24,256 nt of DNA from Octopus sinensis (GCF_006345805.1 NW_021836904.1:1-24256); one strand, 5' to 3'. Positions 10,540 through 20,234 are shown, numbered from the stretch's first letter. Notes: a model not told the origin generated them from the letters alone. A program made the numbers and translations.

Positions 10540-11040
10540 ATCTCTTTGTGCCTGGCATCCGTTATTATGACGGTAACCTCGTGCGCATATGCCGATGCGG
10601 ATCTCTTGCTCAACAACCATAGCCAAAATTTTGAAATCTGTATTCGGCAAAATTTTGAACCGAAAATTATCTATATGATCCTCTTTCTCTGAGTCATTTC
10701 TCAACAGCGTAAAAATACCTCAACCATTATATTCGGCAGCAAGTTGCGAAAGACGTCTGCCAAGATGTCGCCAAACAAGTCCGGCATGTAAAAGTCAGCT
10801 TTGAGGTGCAGAACATTTAAATTATGCGATTTCCTTCACTCCACTCCGTGCAAGTAAGCTATTGTGCCCCGTATTTCCGAGATTGGTATCGGTTTTTCGC
10901 AATACTCCACCTCTCTCACTGTGTGATATCGCCAAAATAAGCTCTGAAGTTCATCCTTCAAATCGGCCCTTCACTCGTCCCAAACACTTGAGCTAAATGC
11001 CTCTGAAATTGCTGCACCCGTCTGCTTAGGGTCACGTAAC
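10540..11040 (-). mobile_element. L1/Tx1-clade ORF2 fragment (region just before and at the start of the RT domain), disrupted
   Basis: Minus-strand peptides EYCEKPIPISEIRGTI, FYMPDLFGDILADVF and LLRNDSEKEDHIDNFRFKILPNTDFKILA match the L1/Tx1 motifs PIT..EI, FY..F...L and N(Y/F)RPISLLNTDxKIL. Stops and frameshifts are present. Confidence 0.8.
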
Positions 11041-11258
11041 ATGCACTTCTCATAGTTCATCAAAGATAGGATTGAAATTTAGGCTGCATCTCTGGAACTA
11101 GCACATATGCTTCATGTCCAAGTTCTGATGGTGCAGAATAGATTGCTTATAATGCATATATGCACAAGCTAAATGCAGAGCATCGATGTGAATATATCTA
11201 TGCTTAATACATAGACATGAATAACTCACATCCAATTTAGTGTATACGTACACACACA

Positions 11259-11305
<47 letters not shown>

Positions 11306-11352
11306 TACACACATACACACACACAAAATGTAGATATGACTATTGTAATATT

Positions 11353-11448
11353 GCGTAGCACCTTGGGCAAGTTGCGTACTGGGGTCGATCTAATCAACTG
11401 ACCCTCTCCCCCAAAATTTCAGGCCTTGTGCCTAGAGTAGAAAAGAAT
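11353..11448 (+). mobile_element. Chimeric SINE-A/SINE-B fragment
   Basis: gcgtagcaccttgggcaagt (SINE-A) runs straight into agttgcgtactggggtcgat...ccttgtgcctagagtagaaaagaat (SINE-B2). Confidence 0.7.
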
Positions 11449-11459
11449 ATATCTTTAAA

Positions 11460-11665
11460 AGGCTGCGAGCTAGCAGAAACGTTAACACGCCGGGAGAAAT
11501 GCTGAGCGGCATTTCGTTCTGAGTTCGAATTCCGCCGAGGAAGACTTTGCTTTTCATCTTTTCGGGGTTGATAACTAAAGCACCAGTTGCATACTGGGGT
11601 CGATCAAATCGACTGGATCCCTCCCCTCAAAATTTCGTGCCTTGTGCCTAGAGTACAGAAGAATA
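11460..11665 (+). mobile_element. SINE-B monomer with the B2 tail
   Basis: gcgagctagcagaaacgttaacacgccggg, GAGTTCGAATTCC and B2 tail. Confidence 0.88.
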
Positions 11666-12000
11666 TCAATCAATAAATATTAATCAAAATCTACTAAAAG
11701 TATAAAAACTTACCATCCGTTGTTTTCTACACGTTAACCAACATTAACAATAATACGTCATCCCCCAACACACACACACACTTACACGCACACGCAAGAC
11801 TCAAATACACACGGCACACGTATATACGCACATACGTACACATACAATAAGTATAGCATAGATATAAATATTGTAAATATAGTGTATGTACATACATACA
11901 CGCATACTGACATACGCTCATTTACTTGCATGTTTGTCTTCTTGCTTGTTTGTATGTATGCATAATGTATGTATATTATATATATATATATATATATATC

Positions 12001-12204
12001 TGGAAATGGATGCGTGGCGTCCAATCAAATAATAATTTCAATAATATATATATAAGGAGAGAAACAAAGAGAGAAAAAAAGTTAGAATTGCATCTCTGGA
12101 ACTAGCACAGTTACAATCTGTTTTTTTCTACACACCACCTGTCTTTGTCTTTTGTTTTTTTTTTCTTGAATTCTCCCTATATATATTATGCATTATATAT
12201 ATAT

Positions 12205-12271
<67 letters not shown>

Positions 12272-12311
12272 TTATATTATTATTTGATTGAACGCCACGC
12301 ATCCATTTCCA
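12001..12311. repeat. Foldback with 36-bp inverted arms (one mismatch) around (TA)n and a Penelope-like terminus
   Basis: 12001-12036 tggaaatggatgcgtggcgtccaatcaaataataat is the reverse complement of 12276-12311 except at one position. Confidence 0.9.
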
Positions 12312-12412
12312 AGTAAGTTTTATCTTTATATATGCACACACACACACACACACCACACACACACACACACACACAACACACACACACACACACACACACA
12401 CCACACACACAC

Positions 12413-12445
<33 letters not shown>

Positions 12446-12494
12446 TGCATGTATGCATGCATGTATGCTTGCATGTATGTGCTAATTATATATA

Positions 12495-12915
12495 GGCGAA
12501 GGCGTGGCTCTGTGGTAAAACGTTTGCTCCCCAGCCACATGGTTCCATGTTCAGTTCCATTATGTGATAACTTGGACAAGTATCTTCTACTATAGCCTCG
12601 GGCTGATTAAAGCCTTGTGAGTGGATCTGGTAGACAGAAACCGAAAGAAGCCTGTCATATATATGTGTGTGTGGAGGGGGAGAAGATTGTCTTTGTATTT
12701 GTGTTTATCCCTCACTGCCGCTTGACAACCAGTATAGGTGTGATTTGGTCCACGTAACTTAGCAGTTCGACATATGACACCGATAGAATAAATACCAGGC
12801 TTAAATATATATATATATATAAAGGTACTGGTGTCGTTTCTTTCAGCTAAAAGCTCCTCAATGCATTGCTCCAGCATTACCGCAGTCTGGTGACTGAAAC
12901 AAGTAAAAGATAAAA
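12495..12915 (+). mobile_element. SINE-A, old full-length copy
   Basis: Degenerate head, CORE-like part and tail ending gactgaaacaagtaaaagataaaa. Confidence 0.85.
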
Positions 12916-12924
12916 TCTATGTAT

Positions 12925-13486
12925 ATACATTAAAAAGATTGAAACACTGCAATGGATGAGCTACAGGGATAGGCTGAGAAAACTACAGCTTTACATCCCT
13001 GGAGCGAAGGCGTGAGAAATATATGCAATAATATATATGGAAAATCCTAGAAAGGCTTGTACCTAAATTTGGCATTCAGTGTTATACAAATGCCAGAACT
13101 GGCCGCCATTGTATTGCACCAAAGATACCATCCACTCCATCTAAATTCATGACCATGTACTGCAATAGTTTAGGGTTCAAAGACCCACATCTCTTCAATA
13201 CTCTGCCACAAAATTTAAGAAATTTGCACAAGATGGAAGTAGATGTCTTCAAAAAGGAACTAGGCATCCTCCTCTCCACAATACCTGATGAACCAACAAC
13301 CCGACATGACGTATATACGAGGGCAGCGGAATCAAACGCCCTTATACACCAAATGGGCCAACAGCTGGGACAAAGGCAAACACAGGAGTGGTGGTGGAAA
13401 ACACCCCAGACTGTGGAAGTCAGAAAAATCATGGTGGTGCTCCAGCATGACCACGGCCGCATTGCTGAAACGAGTAAAAGAGTAAT
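12925..13486 (+). mobile_element. 5'-truncated CR1/L2/Jockey-group LINE 3' end including its 3' UTR
   Basis: Peptides across frameshifts: MSYRDRLRKLQLY.LERRR.., IWKILERLVPKFG, LFNTLPQNLRN, DVFKKELGILLSTIPDEP, RAAESNALIHQM. These are typical C-terminal ORF2 motifs of this group; the exact clade is not resolved. Confidence 0.8.
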
Positions 13487-13489
13487 GAG

Positions 13490-13490
13490 A

Positions 13491-13527
<37 letters not shown>

Positions 13528-13689
13528 CACACACACACACCACATATATATATATATTATATATATTATATATAAAATATATATAATATCATATATACAT
13601 ATATATATATACATATATAATATATATATCATATATATACATATATATACATATATACATACACACACACAACACATACAATACATATA
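13490..13689. repeat. (CA)n/(TA)n compound microsatellite at the left edge of the duplication
   Basis: Directly visible. Confidence 0.93.
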
Positions 13690-14173
13690 TAGGGTTGGAA
13701 AGAAAGGTTTGGCATTTCCTCACAAAATCATTTTGGGAGTAATCCTTCAATACAGTAAAATAAACATCCATCTGGATGATCAAGTTCTGTGAATATTGAG
13801 CTTCAGAAAACTTTAGCTAATGAAAATCCAAAGCAAATTATACGAGAATAAGAAAAACAGTTAAATTCAAGTGTCACTCCGATCATAAAACTCCTTCACG
13901 AACTACGAAAAGTGTCTATACTTGGTCAGTGGATCCTTCACTAACTTAAAGAGCTGCCCTCTGCGCATCGAAGAGTAGATTGTAACTGAACCTTTCCTGG
14001 GTAGAATAATCACAAGAGATGGAAAGTGGGTTCTCTCTAATCATATCCAACGAAAACAACAACGGGTAGCACCTAATGAAAAATAAGAATCCAACGCCAA
14101 ACCAGGACTACATCCGAAAAAAGTTATGCTGTTTTTGGTGAGATATGAAGAGTATCGGCTATCATGAGGTGTT

Positions 14174-14305
14174 AAATATAGATATATTCACCCCGTATCC
14201 AACGAAAATGGGCATGATGGCTTGTGGCTCGTAGCTTGGAAATTCTGGTGTCGCTGATGGCCACCACATCAATAACTAGTGAACTGAGATCGTTGAGCAA
14301 GTGGT
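14174..14305 (-). mobile_element. Short insert resembling an L1/Tx1 APE endonuclease fragment, copy 1
   Basis: It separates mariner YHEVL from PKxVTVNAEKYC. The minus strand reads HLLNDLSSLVIDVVAISDTRIS, similar to the APE DIxxLQET motif. Confidence 0.5.
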
Positions 14306-14390
14306 GCCAAAAATGTAACAGTTAATGCAGAGAAGTATTGTTGTCGATTAGAAACATTGCACTGAATTTTACAGAAGTACCTACCAATGG

Positions 14391-14570
14391 AGTAGGAGTA
14401 GGCGCAGGAGTGGCTGTGTGGTAAGTAGCTTGCTAACCAACCACATGGTTCCGGGTTCAGTCCCACTGCGTGGTATCTTGGGCAAGTGTCTTCTGCTATA
14501 GCCCCGGGCCGACCAATGCATTGTGAGTGGATTTGTAGACGGAAACTGAAAGAAGCCTGTCGTATATATG

Positions 14571-14615
<45 letters not shown>

Positions 14616-14819
14616 TGTGTCCCCCCCCTAGCATTGCTTGACAACCGATGCTGGTGTGTTTACTGTCCCCGTCACTTAGCGGTCCGGCAAAAAGAGACCG
14701 ATAGAATAAGTACTGGGCTTACAAAGAATAAGCCCCGGGGTCGATTCGCTCGACTAAAGGCGGTGCTCCAGCATGGCCGCAGTCAAATGACTGAAACAAG
14801 TAAAAGAGTAAAAAAGAGT
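14391..14819 (+). mobile_element. SINE-A, well-preserved, inserted in the mariner with TSD AATGG
   Basis: AATGG at 14386-14390 and 14820-14824. Removing the SINE restores mariner L-P-M-A-I-R. Confidence 0.95.
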
Positions 14820-15216
14820 AATGGCTATTCGTGAAGAGGTAAAACTCTTACCTGATAGTACAAGGCTACACATTGCCCAAGTCATTCAGGAAAAATTCAC
14901 GGCTCTCAATACGGAAGTTCTATCTCATTTTCCATACACTCATAATAACCTTCTTTCATCTGACTATCGCCTTTTCAGATCATTGCAACATTATTTAAAG
15001 AGAAAACAGTTAATTAATTGTGGAGAGGTTAAAAATTATATTGAGTGTTTCTTTAGTCCGAAATCTGAAGAATTTCACATCAAAGGAATTAACAATTTGC
15101 CAAAGAGATGGATGATGTTATTAATAACAAAGGGGGAAAATATTACTTTGGTTAAATATATTACTTAAGACTAAAGGAACATTTGTTTCTTACCCATTTC
15201 GAAATCTTTCCAACGC

Positions 15217-15272
<56 letters not shown>

Positions 15273-15884
15273 ATATATATGTATACAAATATATATATAT
15301 ATATACATATATACCTAATATATATATATATACATATATATACATATATATACATATATACATACACACACACAACACATACAATACATATATAGGGTTG
15401 GAAAGAAAGGTTTGGCATTTCTTCACAAAATCATTTTGGGAGTAATCCTTCAATACAGTAAAATAAACATCCATCTGGATGATCAAGTTCTGTGAATATT
15501 GGGCTTCAGAAAACTTTAGCTGATGAAAATCCAAAGCAAATTATACGAAAATATGAAAATATGAAAAACAGTTAAATTCAAGTGTCACTTCGATCATAAA
15601 ACTCCTTCACAAACTAGGAAAAGAGTCTATACTTGGTCAGTGGATCCTTCACTAACTTAAAGAGTTGCCCTCTGCGCATCGAAGAGTAGATTGTAACTGA
15701 ACATTTCCTGGGTAGAATAATCACAAGAGATGGAAAGTGGGTTCTCTGTAATCATATCCAACAAAAACAACAACGGGTAGCACCTAATGAAAATTAAGAA
15801 TCCAACGCCAAACCAGGACTACATCCGAAAAAAGTTATGCTGTGTTTGGTGAGATATGAAGAGTATCGGCTATCATGAGGTGTT

Positions 15885-16018
15885 AAATATAGATATATTC
15901 AACCCCGTATCCAACGAAAATGGGCATGATGGCTTGTGGCTCGTAGCTTGGAAATTCTGGTGTCGCTGATGGCCACCCAACTCAATAACTAGTGAACTGA
16001 GCTCGTTGAGCAAGTGGT
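15885..16018 (-). mobile_element. L1/Tx1-like insert, copy 2
   Basis: Duplicate of 14174-14305. Confidence 0.5.
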
Positions 16019-16102
16019 ACCAAAAATGTAACAGTTAATGCAGAGAATATTGTTGTCGATTAGAAGCATTGCACTGAATTTTACAGAAGTACCTACCAAT
16101 GG

Positions 16103-16294
16103 AGTAGGAGTAGGCGCAGGAGTGGCTGTGTGGTAAGTAGCTTGCTAACCAACCACATGGTTCCGGGTTCAGTCCCACTGCGTGGCATCTTGGGCAAGTG
16201 TCTTCCGCTATAGCCCCGGGCCGACCAATGCCTTGTGAGTGGATTTGGTAGACGGAAACTGAAAGAAGCCTGTCGTATATGTATATATATATTA

Positions 16295-16329
<35 letters not shown>

Positions 16330-16539
16330 TGTGTGTGTTTGTCCCCCTAGCATTGCTTGACAACCGATGCTGGTTGTGTTTACGGTCCCCGTCACTTAGC
16401 GGTCCGGCAAAAAGAGACCGATAGAATAAGTACTGGGCTTACAAAGAATAAGCCCCGGGGTCGATTCGCTCGACTAAAGGCGGTGCTCCAGCATGGCCGC
16501 AGTCAAATGACTGAAACAAGTAAAAGAGTAAAAAAGAGT
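16103..16539 (+). mobile_element. SINE-A, duplicate of 14391-14819
   Basis: Same TSD AATGG (16098-16102 and 16540-16544) and the same extra 5' agtaggagt. Confidence 0.95.
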
Positions 16540-16936
16540 AATGGCTATTCGTGAAGAGGTAAAACTCTTACCTGATAGTACAAGGCTACACATTGCCCAA
16601 GTCATTCAGGAAAAATTCACGGCTCTCAATACGGAAGTTCTATCTCATTTTCCATACACTCATAATAACCTTCTTTCATCTGACTATCGCCTTTTCAGAT
16701 CATTGCAAAATTATTTAAAGAGAAAACAGTTAATTAATTGTGGAGAGGTTAAAAATTATATTTGAGTGTTTCTTTAGTCCGAAATCTGAAGAATTTCACA
16801 TCAAAGGAATTAACAATTTGCCAAAGAGATGGATGATGTTATTAATAACAAAGGGGGAAAATATTACTTTGGTTAAATATATTACTTAAGACTAAAGGAA
16901 CATTTGTTTCTTACCCATTTCGAAATCTTTCCAACG

Positions 16937-16937
16937 C

Positions 16938-17000
<63 letters not shown>

Positions 17001-17450
17001 GTGTGTATATGTATGTATGTACGTATGTATGTGTGTGTATGTATATACATATATATATATATTATATATATATATATATATATATGGATATGTAAATATA
17101 TGTATTAGTGTATGTCTGTATATGTATATATATGTATATATATATATATGTGTGTGTAAGTCTGCATATGTATATATGTGTATATATATATGTGTGTGTT
17201 TGTGTGTGTGTGCGTGCGCGCGTGTGTGTGTGTATGTATGTGAGTGTGTGTGTATGTGCGCACATGTGTGTATAAACACGTGTTTAAATGTTTAGCCAAC
17301 AATCAACACTTTTATATCACACGTTTCATATGTTTACACACACGCACACACACACACAAACACACACACATCTACACACACACACACACGCGCATACACA
17401 CACATACATGTATGTGTGTATGTGTCTGTACACGCCCAGACACATACATC
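16937..17450. repeat. Compound CA/TA/TG microsatellite
   Basis: Directly visible. Confidence 0.93.
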
Positions 17451-17799
17451 ACACAACATAAATCTGTGATTGATTAACTCACTCCACTTTTTCAGCCGAT
17501 GGAATGTCGTGACTCTCATGACTTCCTTAAAGCAGCCATATTCAGTAAAATCAATACACACGGGGATCGATATCTCATTGGATGTTTCATTGTAGTGTCA
17601 ACTGTCTTAAAGTACTAAAAAAAAAACAACATACAGAGATCAATACGATCAATAATGATCTCTATTAACAAAACAACTATCAGTTGTTTTTACAGTCACA
17701 GATCAAACTAGATATTGAACTATAAACCTTGATTTGTTAACTAGTAAATAATCTATTTACCCACGTTTCTCTTATTTTAGACATTCGAGATATTTGCTA

Positions 17800-17950
17800 C
17801 AAAATACAGTTCTATATTCAAGAGATGAAGAATTGTGTACATTATTTACATTATTTACAATTGATGAATATTTGTCCTGATCTTGTTTGTTGTTAACACG
17901 TTTCGGCTGATACACCCTCCAGCCTTCATCAGGTGTCTTGGGGAAATTTG
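17800..17950 (-). mobile_element. Penelope-like element terminal-repeat remnant (second family)
   Basis: Holds a hammerhead-like motif followed, on the minus strand, by an AT-rich tail. The family call is inferred from the hammerhead association. Confidence 0.6.
17895..17937 (-). ncRNA. Decayed minimal (type I) hammerhead ribozyme
   Basis: Minus strand: GACAC (stem I) - CTGATGA - A - GGCTG/gagggtgtat/CAGCC (stem II) - GAAAC - GTGTT (stem I'). No NUH triplet or stem III lies between GAAAC and stem I'. Confidence 0.7.
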
Positions 17951-18057
17951 CTAAATGTAAATTTGCTAGAAACTTCAAGAGTCTGATCTAACCACATTAT
18001 AAGGACTTATCTATACTCGACATATTTACTAAACGATGTCAAGTTTTAAAAAACACT

Positions 18058-18238
18058 CGCGCAGGAGTGGCTGTGTGGTAAGTAGCTAACTTACCAACCA
18101 CATGGTCCCGGGTTCAGTGTCACTGCGTGGCATCTTGGGCAAGTGTCTTCTACTATAGCCTCGAGCCGATCAGAGCCTTGTGAATGGATTTGGTAGACAG
18201 AAACTGAAAGAAGCCTGTCGTACACACACACACACACA
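18058..18238 (+). mobile_element. SINE-A head plus (CA)n
   Basis: cgcgcaggagtggctgtgtggtaagtag...gaaactgaaagaagcctgtcgta. Confidence 0.9.
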
Positions 18239-18280
18239 TATATAAAATAATAACAGTGAAAAACTGAATATTAATTTGAT

Positions 18281-18450
18281 TAATATCAATTTAAAACTAG
18301 TGGTCTAGCATATAGAAAAATCTGAAGATTCAGAAAAATTATATTACATACATATAAGAGGGATGACGACTAAGTGGACATCCATAATATAATTTTTCTG
18401 AATCTTCGGATTTTTCTATATGCTAGACCACTGGTTTTAAATTGATATTA
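18281..18450. repeat. Foldback with 66-bp inverted arms (two mismatches) and a 38-bp spacer
   Basis: 18281-18346 is the reverse complement of 18385-18450 except at two positions. Confidence 0.93.
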
Positions 18451-18455
18451 TTATT

Positions 18456-18540
18456 GTTCAGGTCACTGCCTGAAATCGAACTCGGAAGCTTGGGGTTAGC
18501 AGCCCGCCCTCTTAGCCGCTACGCCTTATGCCCACGGGCA
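18456..18540 (-). mobile_element. tRNA-derived mini-SINE (~85 nt) with a (TAA)n tail
   Basis: Minus strand: tgcccgtgggcataAGGCGTAGCGGctaag... (A-box-like), GAGTTCGATTTC (B box), then gacctgaacaataataat. Confidence 0.7.
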
Positions 18541-18550
18541 TAATAATAAT

Positions 18551-18613
<63 letters not shown>
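18541..18613. repeat. (TAA)n array 5' of the Dong/R4-type LINE
   Basis: Directly visible. Confidence 0.95.
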
Positions 18614-19779
18614 CCACAATTGGACTGGCCAAATATCTCGAAATATCGAATGACTGGATGCTAAAGCTCGTGGAAAATCACGAGAGACGAAAGAAGCTTT
18701 ATTCTATCATCAAGGAAAGCAAAAAATTTGCTATTGATCTCGTGCAGGATACCCAAACTGAACAACCCGAGGGAAGTACGGCAACTATTGTTGCAAAGAA
18801 GGTGAAAATGATGGCAATGAAAAACGCACGAGCAATTGGCTGATAGGTGGGAGGAGAACCCTGCACGACAAATATGTGACCCGCAGCAAACATCTGATGT
18901 TGACCAGAAGCAAACCCATAGTGGCTGCGGAGCTCAGGGCTAAAAGCAGAGAGCGAAGGTTTCATCCTGGCTGCTCAAGACCAAAGCCTATTAACCCGGA
19001 ACTACCAGGCCAATGTGATTGAAAAATGGAGCAGACCCAAAATGCCGATTCTGCAACGACATGATTGAAACAGTGGACCACCTAATCTCTGGATGTAAGT
19101 CTTAGCACCAGTGGAGTATAAATTTATAAACAGACATGAGTTGGCCAATATCTCCACTGGCTAATAAGTCGGCATTACAATATCAAACTGCCGACAAGTG
19201 GTATAATCACCACCCTGAGGCTGTAACTGAAGGAGAAAATGTAACCATTCGTGGGACTTTCCAGTACATACAGACCGAACCATCAGGCCATAAAAAAAGA
19301 TATTGTTGTGAAAGACCAAAACAATAAAGTTTGCTTATTGATCGACATGAGCATCCCCTGTGATCATAATATCTCAGCGAAAGAGTTTGACAAGCTCAGA
19401 AAATATAAAGACCTACTCATTGAAATTGAGAAAATGTGCATCTCAAGCGGTTACAATACCAGTGATCGTAGAAGCACTAGGATGATCAGAAGGGAACCGA
19501 AAATTATATGAGAATGATCCCTGGCTTACCATCCCTGCAAGAAGTGCAAAAGATTGTCTTAACTGGTACATCACACGTATTGAGAAGAGCATTGTCGATG
19601 TGAGAACTGTTGCTGCTCATGTATTTTAATCTAACTTTAAAAAAAAAAAAAAAAAAAAAATGAACGAACTCTTGAGTTTGGTTTAATGGCCTACCAATAT
19701 ACACTATGAGTTTCTTTGCCCTAGAGTCGGGAAGACACTCGGCAGAATGGACGAAAATTTGAACGAAGAAAAAAAAAAA

Positions 19780-19780
<1 letters not shown>
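18614..19780 (+). mobile_element. 5'-truncated R4/Dong-type (restriction-like endonuclease) non-LTR retrotransposon 3' end
   Basis: Across frameshifts: GLKAESEGFILAAQDQSLLTRNY, zinc knuckle CRFCNDMIETVDHLISGC, ADKWYNHHP, DIVVKD..NKVCLLIDMSIPCD, KYKDLLIEIEKM, and EVQKIVLTGTSHVLRRALSM* (TGA 19601-19603). A 3' UTR and poly(A) then run into (TAA)n. Confidence 0.92.
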
Positions 19781-19814
<34 letters not shown>

Positions 19815-19823
19815 TAATAATAA
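19781..19823. repeat. (TAA)n array 3' of the LINE
   Basis: Directly visible. Confidence 0.95.
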
Positions 19824-19859
19824 TGATCTAACCACATTATAAGGATTTATCCATATATA

Positions 19860-20100
19860 TTTATATATATATATATGTATGTAAGTGTGTGTGTGTGTTT
19901 GTGTCTCTGCGTTTGTCCCCCCAACATCGCTTGACAACCGATGCTGGTGTGCTTACGTCCCCCGTAACTTAGCGGTTCGGCAAAAAGGAACCGATAGAAG
20001 GCTAACAAAGAATAAGTCCTGGGGTTGATTTGTTCGACGAAAGGCGGTGCTTCAGCATGGCCGCAGTCAAATGACTGAAACAAATGAAAGAATAAAAGAA
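19860..20100 (+). mobile_element. SINE-A microsatellite plus tail
   Basis: gtcccccaacatcgcttgacaaccgatgctgg...cagcatggccgcagtcaaatgactgaaac. Confidence 0.9.
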
Positions 20101-20234
20101 TTGCCACTTGATGATAAAGTTGGTACATTGTGGAGAGGAAGTGAAGTGGATAGTTTAGGGCTTGGACCTTCATTAGAGAAACTGTACAACAATCAGAAAT
20201 TGTTTACTTAATTCCAATACTACTACCATCACCA

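Larger units (their letters stand above)
13690..15218 (+). mobile_element. Mariner element, defective, copy 1 (interrupted by an L1-like fragment and a SINE-A)
   Basis: Peptides WILH*L (WVPHEL), PFLGRIITRDGKWV (first Asp region), KPGLHPKKVML, LLPDSTRLH (HDNARPH), HFPYT..SSDYRLFRSLQHYL (YSPDL) and LPKRW. Degenerate TIRs share GTTGGAAAGA. Confidence 0.92.
15393..16939 (+). mobile_element. Mariner element, defective, copy 2 (tandem duplicate)
   Basis: Near-identical to 13690-15218, with the same nested insertions, offset ~1703 bp at the left end. Confidence 0.92.

Noticed and set aside
3526-11665. Recurring similar segments that could be mistaken for a CRISPR array or for tRNA genes
   Set aside because: They are dispersed SINE copies in both orientations with irregular spacing. 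The tRNA-like heads lack a complete cloverleaf and run into SINE bodies.
17480-17625. Possible exon (plus-strand acceptor tttttcag; or minus-strand acceptor ttttag with donor gtgagt, 132 nt)
   Set aside because: The minus-strand candidate has stops in all three frames, and the plus-strand frames end quickly with no recognisable protein or good donor.
18320-18337. CTGAAGA-ttca-GAAA inside the foldback arm as a hammerhead core
   Set aside because: There is no room for stem II, and the opposite arm reads CCGAAGA.
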